Assembly (NCBI GenBank): GCA_907165135.1
Contig: OU015569.1
Location: 1,612,001-1,676,000, forward strand
DNA: 64,000 bases
Reading direction: 5' to 3'
From: Oikopleura dioica
Taxonomy: Eukaryota > Animalia > Chordata
This document shows, piece by piece, positions 12,390 through 23,329 of the stretch. Within the stretch, counting starts at the first letter, position 1; every line of letters begins with the position of its first letter. The notes under the pieces are model-generated. The model searched no databases, was not told where the DNA came from, and worked only from the letters and a program-made list of their open reading frames with translations. The position numbers and the translations under genes are program-made.

Positions 12390-13841
12390 GGGCAATCCAG
12401 GAGCAGCCATTTCAGATACCAAAATATCGAACAAATTTAAATGTCTTTAACAAGGAATCCTTATTTTGGTGTTCTATATTTTGATATCCGGAGTTATTGG
12501 AGTAGCGATTACGCAAACCAATAGCCTTGAAAATTACCGATATCCGAAATAGTTATCAACGAGGAGAATTAAATTATAGCTAATTATCTAAGGATCGTTG
12601 AATAAGTAAAGAGTTGATATAACGTGAATGAGTGGCTGAATAGTCGTTGAGTTTTCGAGTGGTTATATTAATTGGTTTCGGTTGGAGTGTTTAATTGTAT
12701 GAAATTATTCGATTGATGCAACGTTTGGTTAGTTGATCGACGCCGAAATCAATTTTGAAAAGGAGGGCGCCGTAAAAACAAAAACGCGCGCAGCTGTGGT
12801 CAAATAAGCCAACTAATTGGGATTCACGTTGTCAGCCTTTTTTAAGGCGCTAAGCGTGCGCGTTAACTAAACACCGGTTACAGTTCAATAATATTGACAG
12901 AGGAAGCTTTTCCCAGAAGAAAGCAGGAGTTAGGCGACAGAAACGAAAATATGAAAAAGATTCAAATTTTTAATCTAGATCCGCTCGAATAATATTTACG
13001 CTTGTGGGTGATCTTAAGGTCTTGACAAAAGAATTGATTCTAAGAAAAATTTGATAGGAAAGACGTATGCCTCGGAAATTCTGGAATATTTATTAGACTT
13101 ATTAATAAAAATATTACATAAGAAGCTCCAAATGCATTAGGTCTATTCCTCTCTAAATCTTACTATGGCTCTTGAAATTTCAATTTCTAATCATGAATTC
13201 AGAAATATAAGGGAGTCACCATGCTACTAGGGCTAGGGCTAGGGCAAACAATAATCATTTTTTATGATAAATACACCCTTTATTGCTGCTTAAAAATTTA
13301 AATAAATCGTAAATTCGATGATTTTTTTTTCTAAAAATGAATTTTCATGAAAAGTTTCAATGAAGAAAATCTGTCTTTCTGTCAAAGACATTCGATTTTT
13401 TCATCATTTGGGGTTTGAAGAAGGCGTCGACGGGTGTTTTCTCTCGAGTCTCTTTCGGTGTTACTTACGGATTGAGCATAAAAGTTTCATCGTGGCGCTT
13501 TCTGTTTCTTTTTCAAGTGTGAGATAGAAAAGAGGGCTAGAAAAGTAGGTATCTGAAGAGAAAGCAAGAAAGGCCGGAAACTTTGTTCCAAATGTCCGGA
13601 CGAAGCCGATGCAGCAAAAAAATCAAACTCGGAAAAGTTTTAACACTTTGGAAGCAAAGCGCGCTTTTATAGTCGACGCAGCGCGCCACTCGCGGACTAT
13701 GCGCGCTCGCGAACGCTCATCGCGCGCGATGGCACTAGTGAGCTAAACATGAGATAGGCGGTGGAGAAGAGCGCGCGATCGAATTCTATGCGTCACACGG
13801 TGGGAAAATTATCGTTCCCGTAATAATACATTTAGGGGTTG

Positions 13842-14735
13842 TCCACTTTGTGTCGGGGTCAAAACTTCGCACCTGGAAAGAACGGGCAGGATCTCCAGCC
13901 GAGCAAATAGGATGCAAGGGTCGGCCGACATGTGCTAACTCCTACAGAGACTGCTCTCAGCGCAAAATCGAAGCTGCACTCGGCACGAGATGTGTGAGCC
14001 ATTGAGTAAGTACAGTATATGATCACAGGGCATATTGAGTCCAAGATCAGGATCAAGCTCAGCCGCGTATAACTTATATATACGGTATAAGTCTCAATTA
14101 ATTATTGACAGTTATGCGAAAAAATATAAGTTGGACAAATCTTGCCTAATTTTTAGCTTGCGATTGGCGAAATAAGGGTGAAATAAAGGTTATTATACAC
14201 CTCCTGAGGCACGAGAGTCGAAAAATTAGCTTTCGCGCAGAAATGCGTTGAAGTTTTGAAAAAAGTAAAAAAAACTGTAGATATCTATCGCTTAGCTATT
14301 TTTAGATTACACTTCGACTACTCTTGGTTAGGGTTAGGGTGAGGGTTGCTGAGGTGTTTTGGCGGGTCGGCTAAAAATGACAATTCTGAAGGGTAAGATT
14401 AATTAAAAAATATTTACTTGATACCCTTAACCCTGGTTTTCACGATTACCCCTAGAGGCAAGAATTGAGCAATTTTTATTTTTGAGTCTTCCATTTTTTC
14501 ATATTTGAAGCTTATCCGCGGCTGAGATTGATCCTAATCTTGAGCTCAATCTGCCCTGTGATCATATTTACTTAATGGCTCATACATCTCGTGCCGAGTG
14601 CAGCTCCGATTTTGCGCTGAGAGCAGTCTCTGCAGGAGTTAGCACATGTCGGCGGACCCTTGCATCCTATTCGCTCGGCTGGAGATCCTGCCCGTTCTTT
14701 CCAGGTGCGAAGTTTTGACCCCGACACAAAGTGGA
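13842..14735. mobile_element. Non-autonomous DNA element with about 230-bp terminal inverted repeats
   Basis: TCCACTTTGTGTCGGGGTCAAAACTTCGCACCTGG... at 13842 mirrored by ...CCAGGTGCGAAGTTTTGACCCCGACACAAAGTGGA ending at 14735; no long internal ORF; TSD unclear. Confidence 0.8.
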
Positions 14736-14833
14736 GTGTGCCTACATTTATTCAGGGCTCAATGAAGTTTATTTTTCGGAAGATAATTTTCAATGCAGAA
14801 TTTTCAATGTCTCAGTTTTGAATAATTTTCTTT

Positions 14834-15572
14834 TCAGTAGTGTAATCGTTGAAAGAAGTTTCGTAGTCCTCGATTGTAATTTTCCTTATGAACAAGTTTC
14901 TTGTAGTCTTTGATCTGCTCTTCCAAGGCATGTTTCTTTTCTTGCATCTGTATTTTGAGGAGTTCGGCGCAAATATGTTTGTCAGACCTTCTTACAACAT
15001 CTGAACATCCGGGGCAGCTAAAGATATTAAAATATTTGTAGAGATACTTATTTAATTTACCTGAATTTTCGATTGCATTCTTCTTCCCAGTGGTTCTGCC
15101 TGTCCATGTAGTTCACAATTGCCTTTTTCACATTTTATTATCTTATTAATTGATAGTAGATTACCTTGCAATCATCTCCCAAGCAATGGTACATAAACGA
15201 CTGCTTATAAAGTTGCCTTTCAATGGGATAGATTGGCTTGAGAATGTCCATAATTCCACCGAGATAATTCCGCTTTAATTCAAATTTCCATTTATCATCG
15301 CTCCGAAGATATTCGATAAGAGTTTCGTTGGGCACAATTTTTTCGCAGCACGGATATCGATAGACGTTCTCTTGTTTAAATGGACCCTCATTAGTATGTG
15401 GAACTTGGATTGATTCAACTTGGAAACGGTAGCAATCCAAGCAAGTAAGTTTGTCACAGCACATGGTTTTGTATTCTTCCTCCATGAAATCAGACCATTT
15501 GCTGCAGAAAATGCATTTTTCGTCCTTTTGGAAGGGATTTATTCTCTGAAAAAATTTGAAGAAATCTGTCAT
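14834..15572 (-). CDS. RING-like + IBR-like zinc-finger protein with C-terminal coiled coil, copy A
   Basis: CIFC...CCDKLTCLDC...YPCC; HCLGDDC...CNRKFSCPGC...HIC; two short introns; stop at 14834. Confidence 0.7.
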
Positions 15573-15809
15573 TCTATTACTTTGAGAAGTAAAAAATGAG
15601 TCGGTTGCGATTTGATGCGAGCTTTTATACCCGCTTTAAAATATCTCTCGATATTTCTTGTACAATTCCTATTAGCCACTTTCGAAATAGATTGATCATG
15701 GAGTTTCGAATATTGAATGTTGATGTATTCAGGGCTCAATGAATTTTATTTTTTGGAAGATAAATTTCAGTGCAGACTTTCAATGCTTCAGTTTTGAATA
15801 GTTTTGTTT

Positions 15810-16588
15810 TCAGATAAATAATTGTGGAAAGTAGTTTCGTAGTCGTCGACTGCAGTTTTCCCGCTCATCAAGCTTCTTGTATTCTTTGAACTGCTCTTCC
15901 AACTCATCTTTCTTTTCTTGTATCTGTATATTGAGGAGTGCGACGCAAGCATGTTTTTCAGCCCTTCTAAAAATCCGAGCATCCCAGGCATCTAAAGATA
16001 TTTCAATACTTACGATTCGTTACGATATATAGTTACGAATATAATTGTTCAATTTACCTGAATTTTCGATTGCATTCTTTTTCCCAATGGTTCTGCCTGT
16101 CCACATAATCCACGACAACCTTGATTTATCGAAATGTTATGCCATATATATTAATAGCAAGTTACCTTGCAATCCACGCATTGGTACACTAACGACTCTA
16201 TATACGGTTGCGTTTCCAGAGGGAAGACGGGCTTAAGAGTCTCCATAATCCCGGCGAGAAACCGATATCGGAAGAACCATTTGATGTCCTTTTCTCCGAC
16301 ATAGTCACAATTTGTGACTCTTTGTGACTCATGAAGAATATGGTTAGGCACCTCGTTTTCACAGCACGGATATCGATAAACGTTCTCGGAGCCAAATATC
16401 GAATCATAATTTGGAGGCAGTTTGATTGATTCAACTTTAGAGCGGTAGCAATCCAAGCAAGTAAGTTTATCACAGCACATGGTTCTGTATTCCTCCTCGA
16501 TAAAATCAGACCATTTTCTACAGAAAATGCATTTTTCGTCCTTTTTTTCGGGAAGTATTCCCTTAAAAAAATGGAAAAATTCTTTCAT
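15810..16588 (-). CDS. RING-like + IBR-like zinc-finger protein, tandem copy B
   Basis: Clear paralog of copy A (KDEKCIFCRKWSDFIEEEYRTMCCDKLTCLDCYR); the repeat unit of about 1 kb includes the 3' flank. Confidence 0.7.
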
Positions 16589-16989
16589 CTTAGTTTGAAA
16601 AGAAAAAAAAATGAGCTGTTTCCGATCTAAGGCGACTTTTATACCCAGTTTAAATATCTCACGATTTTTCCTTTCCAGACACTTTAAAAGTTTGACGATT
16701 TGATTCTAAGGAAGTTTATCTTTCAAAATTAATTTCAAATGTGAATGCAGAACTCTAAGATGAGCCAAAATTTGGCTGATGACCTTGAGGATAAGTGGCA
16801 GTTGAGCAGCGTATCTAAAAAGCGCCGCAGCTGATGTTCACAGAAGATAAACGCTATCGGAAATACACGCCATTTGTATCACTCTATTTAAATAAATTTG
16901 ACTAAACAGGCCTCATGTGTATAAGCGCTCGCCCGTTCCAAAGTCGCGTTGTTCTTAGTTAGTAGCAAAATCGAGCTATTGAATCGAAG

Positions 16990-18037
16990 AAACGTGTTTG
17001 TATTTTGGGGCGGAGGGATACGTGAAGATTGGGAATTCGGATTTTCCGTCTCCGGCTTATGTAAACGCTAGAGCTCTGAGCTGTTCACGGGAAGTCTCAA
17101 GAGTCGCTTCTGCTTTGAGCCCTGTTGACTCGCTACAACCAGCTTTTACCCAGATCTAGGTGCACTTCTAACTTTGCGAGAGAAGATCAATCCCTGTCTA
17201 AAAACTGTTCATCGAGCGCGCACACCATAAATAAGTCTCAGATCGAAAATCAACATTGAGATGCCGCGCTCGTGAAATGATAAAATGAATTATCAGAATT
17301 TTTCTTCTCGCAGTACATGACGCAATAGACGACTACACCCCCAACTACTGTTAAGTCGCAAGATGCACTCGTTGCCGGATTCCGCTTTCACTTGGACAAA
17401 CGTGCCCGTCTTCCCAAGCTCTTAAACGCTGCGGTTTTAATTCCAATGCGATCAACATCCGATCAGACGCGTTTCGTTTCTCTTTTGTGGAACATCTGAG
17501 CAATTTCTAGCTATGTGTTGGATCATTTCCCGTTTGATGAAGCGCATTCCACGAAGAGGAGCTAGCAAGCCCATTCCAACATGTTCAAAAAGCGCGCCCG
17601 AAAAACAGCTCATTGATCCTCTTGGAAAAAACTAACACAAATTGAACTGAATCTGAATCTGCTGGTCACCAGATCGGGTAAAAATTGCGGCTCTCAAGAA
17701 ACTCGAGCTTGGTGGATCTTTATTGCACGTTCGTCTTTGAACAGTTACTGTGGGAAGCCACGTGATGCAATTCTAATTTAGTCGAAATTGGGAAGTCGCA
17801 AAGAGTCGCTTTAAAAACGTCGCAACTTTTCGCCGGAACATCGTGTTCACTTGAGAACGTGAAAATGAGATGAGAACTGAACTAATAACCAACGCGGCCG
17901 GCGGTATCTTTCCTTGTTGCTACAGTAGTGTGCTGTTCATTGATGGTTCAAAAAACCGCTGCGAATTATGCATTGATGACGTAGACAAAGCCTGTTGCTG
18001 TCGAAGAAACATTTCTAAGTGCCATTCTCGTGTCTAA
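16990..18037 (+). CDS. Possible multi-exon gene of unknown function
   Basis: Open exon-like segments (CLYFGAEGYVKIG; HDAIDDYTPTTVKSQDALVAGFRFHLDK; Cys-rich end CELCIDDVDKACCC); no family recognised. Confidence 0.25.
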
Positions 18038-18168
18038 ACAAAATTCTTGCGCTGCGCCCCTTTGACATTCAATTTTCGAATATTTAGACTCATAAAAGCA
18101 TGCTCAAATAAATAAGTCATATTTTTGTCAATATTTTTGATACCCTTTTCTGGCCGCTAAACTTGAGT

Positions 18169-18426
18169 CAGAGTTGAAAATTTTTGAAAATTTCTTCTGA
18201 GCTAGCTGAGCTGAGCTGAGCTGGCGCCTTTTAAAAACCACTGAGCTGAGCTGGGGCTTATCTGAAAATTTTGAGCTGAGCTGACGATTTCTCGAACTGA
18301 GCTAGCTGAGCCGAGGTCAAATTGAGCTGAGCTGAGCTGAGCTGACCCTCAAAATTGCTGAGCTGAGCTGTAGCTCAGCTAGATCAGATAGCTCAGCTCA
18401 GCAAACTCACAAAATTTGTAACTCGG
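18169..18426. mobile_element. hAT-type MITE family 1, (GAGCT)n array, degenerate copy
   Basis: Degenerate CAGAGTTG...TTTGTAACTCGG ends and internal GAGCT pentamer arrays. Confidence 0.7.
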
Positions 18427-18920
18427 GCCGGAGTCAATTTTAGATAAAATCCAGAAAGTCTTGGGATGTGTTAAGAACGTAGTAATTACAATAATTTATA
18501 CGGTTGGCATTCCAGTCTAGCTCATTTGCTACGTTTTTATCCAAATTCCAACAGGCGGGGTCTCATTTAATTCCTTCTCCGAAGTTGGTCCCTTGGTTGA
18601 GCAGCAGACTCCCTTAAGACAGCCGGGTCAAGCCAGGCTACTTAGCTCTGATCCTCTTAGTTATATAATTACTTAACAAAAGGGTAGTTCTGAGGAGCGA
18701 AGTTTGCGGAAGCCCAGTTTGGCAAGGCGTAATTACGATAAAGACTCCTTCTAGATTACGAAAGACGGGCCGGCCATTTGTTGGCGCTGGAAACGTGAGT
18801 CACACTGCTGGACTTCCTCTCTTATCACAAATACACTCATCAGGGCAGATTTAATCGCGATTCGGGAGAAAGTACTTTCGCAGGCAAAAGAAAGAACGAA
18901 CTCCGCCAGTCGAAAATATA

Positions 18921-19127
18921 CCGCGATTCTGATTTCTGACTGACTAATTTTTGATCGAATTTCCATTGTTACAAAGAACAGCTGAAAAAGAGAAGCCGCT
19001 TGCGGCTTCGAGCAAAGATACGGAATAGCCGCGCTTCGCGCGGCTTAAGTTTGTTCTTGCTCGAAGCCGCAAGCGGCTTCTCTTTTTCAGCTGTTCAAAA
19101 TTAGTCAGTCAGAAATCAGAATCACCG
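18921..19127. repeat. Foldback palindrome built from the GAAGCCGCNNGCGGCTTC motif (related to MITE family 2)
   Basis: Outer arms GATTCTGATTTCTGACTGACTAATTTT and inner arms AACAGCTGAAAAAGAGAAGCCGCTTGCGGCTTCGAGCAA are both inverted. Confidence 0.75.
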
Positions 19128-19149
19128 TGAAAAGTCCAGCTAAATTGTA

Positions 19150-19690
19150 TATTTGCGAGTTCCTTACTGTAAAGAAAAAACTACTATAAGATGAGGGGAG
19201 AGGATGACGTACGTTGCTAAATTTGGTTTCTACGTCCAAGCTCTTCCTTCTTCCCTGAAAAGCGCATCTCACGTAGACTTACGAGTGATAGGCGCAGATT
19301 TCGACGTCCAAGATAGTTAACGCGTAAATATTTACTTTCATCGCCTCCCGAATACGTTCATTTCGTCTTCGTTCGTTGGAAAATAGCTTGGTGCTCAGCA
19401 AGATCCTCGCAAAGTGTGTCGTCAAATCGAAGTGCGATTTTCTGGGTTCCTGGAGAGTGTGGAAACGCGCTTCCACGATGGAAATTGCTTCCTTCCGCGC
19501 TGTTGGAAAAACAAAGCTCACTTTGTGATGTGGGAAATTGGCGGGCTCTGCGTGAACTGTGAAAATATAGCTGCCGATAGCTTACGTAGTCGGACTTGGA
19601 GCGAACGTGGAGCTCTTCTTCTACTGCAGAGTGCTCTTGTTTAGCCGACGCAGTTATAGAAGGCTCAGCGCATGTTGCATCAAGTTCCAA
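19150..19690 (-). CDS. Exons of an uncharacterised gene
   Basis: Open segments with GTAAG/GTGAG donors and TTTCAG acceptors (ARKEAISIVEARFHTLQEPRKSHFDLTTHFARILLSTKLF). Confidence 0.35.
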
Positions 19691-19751
19691 TTAGTAGCTC
19701 AACACTAAACCCTCCCTTGTTTCTGCTTCAAATATTTTGCGACATGAAATT

Positions 19752-19996
19752 AATGAGCATCTTTAGAGCGCTAAATATTTTTGATTCGAAATTTATTGTC
19801 TGAAGATTGTCTCGGCAACCTGTGTAGAAAACCTGAGTCAGGCTCTGAGAGATCTTTTTTTATAATAAATTACCATCTCAATTCTTTTCTTAGGCTTTCT
19901 CAGAGCCTGACTCAGGTTTTCTACACAGGTTGCCGAGACAATCTTCAGAAAATTAATTTTGAGTCAAAAATATTTAGCGCTCTAAAGATGCTAATA
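19752..19996. repeat. Long palindrome containing MITE family 2 terminal sequence
   Basis: AGCATCTTTAGAGCGCTAAATATTTTT...CTCGGCAACCTGTGTAGAAAACCTGAGTCAGG mirrored on the right side. Confidence 0.8.
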
Positions 19997-20164
19997 AACT
20001 TCAATCTATAGATTTTTGCCTTTTTTTTAATCGAAATACGCCGAGTGGAGACTAGCTTCAATTCTGGAAGAAAAATCTTCGATTTCTAGTCGAAATTATT
20101 TCCACTCAAAAAAAGTAGGCAACTACCTCATTCAGGAAAAAAAGAAAAGAGAGGAGAGAGAGAA

Positions 20165-22480
20165 ATGCAAAACTTTTCATTTTCACCGGATCGATCTCAC
20201 TCAGGAAGCTGGTCATTTTCGAGGGATGAACCGCGCTCGGCTCCTTCTATCTCAGCAACGAGCAACCAGTCGGCGAGGAGAAACATAATTTTGCGAGATT
20301 CGGCTCGAGATCAATTTAGAACTCAGCTCAATCGAAACAGGAACAAGTTTTTTTAATTACATTATACACGTAGCGCTTTTTTATAATTATATGAGACCAA
20401 CCTTAGAAACTTTTAATACTTGATGCTGGGCTCGTAGAAAGCCTGAGTCTTCTTCTTTTCTCAAAAACTTGCAAAAGTCAATTTCATCGCTCATTTCCGA
20501 GAAGTTATTCTCAAGTGCTCCAGCCGCGTCAAGACTCTTTTCCGCAGCGAGAAAGTCGCGAAATTCGCTCGACCAGCTTCATCGAAATTGCACAACCTGT
20601 TCCGTCGGTATCTCCGATTAATCGGCCAAGCTGGGCAGTTCGCATCAATCATCACAACGAACAGAATCGTCAAGAGTCTCTGAGTCAACAAAGTCTGCAG
20701 CCTTGGCCAAGTCAGCTAACTGACAGTCAGAGATCGCATAGAAGAACCACCGGATCTATCATCATTGACTCGCTACAACGTCTTGAAGATGACATCATTG
20801 AAGGTATTTTCCCACGTCTTTGAAAAAAAAGATAGAAAATCTCTCTTCTAGCTGAAGAAAATGCAGTGCCAATCTATCTGTCCGATTTGGTCCCTCACTT
20901 CCAGGTACAATCATTTCCTCTTTTTGAATATGCTAAACAGCCTTTTTTTTAGACAAGAGGACAAATGTCTGTCTTCCCGAATCCTTTCTCAAGAAAGAGT
21001 TTCATTAATTAATTATTTGATAAGCCTAAACAATAATTTCGGAACTCGAACAAAAGATGCGAGAATTCAGAGTGCGGAAACAAAGATCTTGATCTTCTAT
21101 TTGGCGTAAAAAGTATGTTTGAACTTAGGGAATTATTGAGAGTTCAAAATTCAGAGAGCTGTTATCATATTCTTTGTTTGGATTGCCTTCAAATTTCGCC
21201 GAATTCGCAACATGCGCGGAGCCGACTTCGCTCCATTTTCAACTCTATCAGGAAAAGGGTGCTTTAGACACGATCTTATCAGGGAAACATATTTCTCGAG
21301 CCCCTAAAAAGAGGACTTGGCACTTGTGGCTCCACTGCTTCCGGAAGAAGTTCAACCAGAGGAAGTTTCTCTGCTTCAGAGTCGCAGGAAGTGGATCTCT
21401 TTATGAATCTTCTATCCTTTTAGTATTTGACAATATTGAATATTCTTATCCTCAAAAAAGTCTCAACGAAGCGATTTGTCTGGCGCCCAAAAATTGTCCA
21501 AATTTGTCCGACGACTCTTTCCCTTCTTTCGACCAAAAGATTCAGCCACCCAAGGCGACGATGCGCTCACTGCTTTCTGTCCCATGTAGATTATTCTTTC
21601 AATTGAAGTTCAGACTGAACGATGATTTTAGTTGCAAAACGGAGACCTCTTTTGAGCCTCTTTTCGAACCTGGGTTCGGCAACCTGACTAAAAAACCTGA
21701 GTCAGGGTTCATAAAATTACAAATGAAAAGCCGTGTAGCGGCTTTTTTAAAAACGAAGCCGCGAAGCCGCTTCGCCAGAAATTAAAAATAAGATTGAGGA
21801 ATAACATTGCGAAGCCGCTTCGCGGCTTCGTTTTTAAAAAAGCAGCTACGCGGCTTTTCATTTGTAATCTTATGAACCCTGACTCAGGTTTTTTACTCAG
21901 GTTGCCGAGCCCAGCTACGAACATGGCGACAAACTCTGCGATCCAGAAACTTACCAGCGTGAATACGAGCTTACCCGACAAGTCCAGGCTGCTTTCCTAG
22001 CCAGGTACAGTTGTTAAAGAGTTATTCTAACGATAACTCTTTGTTTCTAGAGAGAACGAGTTCGTGGAAATGGTCGAAGAAGGCAAACGAAGCTACCAAG
22101 AAGCATCGGAACTGCACGGCAGCCAAGACTCGAATAGATTTTCGTGAAATTTGAAATTTGAATAAAGTGTTTTCAAATCGTGACTGTTTTAATTTCAGTT
22201 CCATCAGATTTATTGCCGGAGGGGCGCCTTTGCGGTGGTTGAAAATTGAATATGCCAGAAAGTGGAAAATCGTGAAGGGAGAAGATGTAAACATTGGTTA
22301 GCACAGGAGCACACGGCGGGGCTTCTAGAGCTCATTGAGGCTCATGAGCTGCTAGAGAGAACACCGACTCCCTGGAATTATGCTCAAGCTACGGAGTTCT
22401 AGAATATAAGCTACGATTATAGAGAGTGGAAGTCTCGAACTCTGGCGGAGGAAAATGTGATCGAAGAATTCGCAAGTTGA
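20165..22480 (+). CDS. One or two uncharacterised multi-exon genes
   Basis: Open exon-like blocks with short introns, e.g. SLQRLEDDIIE/AEENAVPIYLSDLVPHFQ and YEHGDKLCDPETYQREYELTRQVQAAFLAR/ENEFVEMVEEGKRSY. Confidence 0.45.
21670..21914. mobile_element. hAT-type MITE family 2 copy, apparently exonic
   Basis: TIR CTGGGTTCGGCAACCTG / CAGGTTGCCGAGCCCAG; 8-bp flanks TTTCGAAC / CTACGAAC (6/8). Confidence 0.9.
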
Positions 22481-22609
22481 AATTTTCAAGTAAAATCAGT
22501 TTATTTTAAAAATAATTAATCGACGTTTCTATTATTTCAAAATGACACGAATCGCAACGTGCTGGAAATGAGCTAGCGGTGCAATTACTTCTATTTTGTA
22601 ATCTCACAA

Positions 22610-23283
22610 AACTATTTGCGAGCTCGACACCTTCACAAAGCTGATCCCCTTTTTGGCATTTCACGCCAGCGCCCGTTTGGTCAAATTTAGATTCCCCGGT
22701 GAGCTTCTTTTTAAAAGGCGCAAATTAGAAATTCGTCTATCTTTTTTTTAATTTTCTTCAAACGGTCTGCTTTTAAGATCCCGCTACAAATACTGCTCCC
22801 TTTTGCGATTTGCTCCCGCTGATCAAGTCGAATGCTTTTATTCGTTGCACGAACTCGTCCTTCCATGGCTCGAGCTGTGCGTTTAGATGTCAAGGTGAAG
22901 ATCGTCTTCTGGACGAGTATGGACAGGAAGTGAACAGGTACACGACTTGCTTCTGCGACGAGAAAGATTTGTGCGACTGGAGAGGCGTCGCCCAAGAAGC
23001 GAAATGCAAGAACCCAGAGAAGGTGCGCGAAGAACTCGTTTCCAGCGTCAACAAGGGCTTCGTCAAAGCCTATCTCAAAGAAGAAATGACGCCGATCATG
23101 CTGAAGGTCTCGAAAAGCACTGGTGGAAACATCCGCCGCGTCATTAAAAAGTCGAAAAAGCTCCGGAAGCAAGTTTTGAAGGCGATTCCATCTTCGGATG
23201 ATGGTTTGACCGAGTTCTTCGACCAAAAGGACAAACTGCAGATCATCAATGACGTTCCGCAAAGGGCTCTAAATATTGATTGA
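22610..23283 (+). CDS. Sushi/CCP-like domain protein
   Basis: FCDLLPLIKSNAFIRCTNSSFHGSSCAFRC...TTCFCDEKDLCDW...AKC followed by a helical tail; start not resolved. Confidence 0.6.
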
Positions 23284-23329
23284 GCTTGGGTAGAAAATCG
23301 AAGCTGTCCAAAGTGAAAAATCTTTGGCG

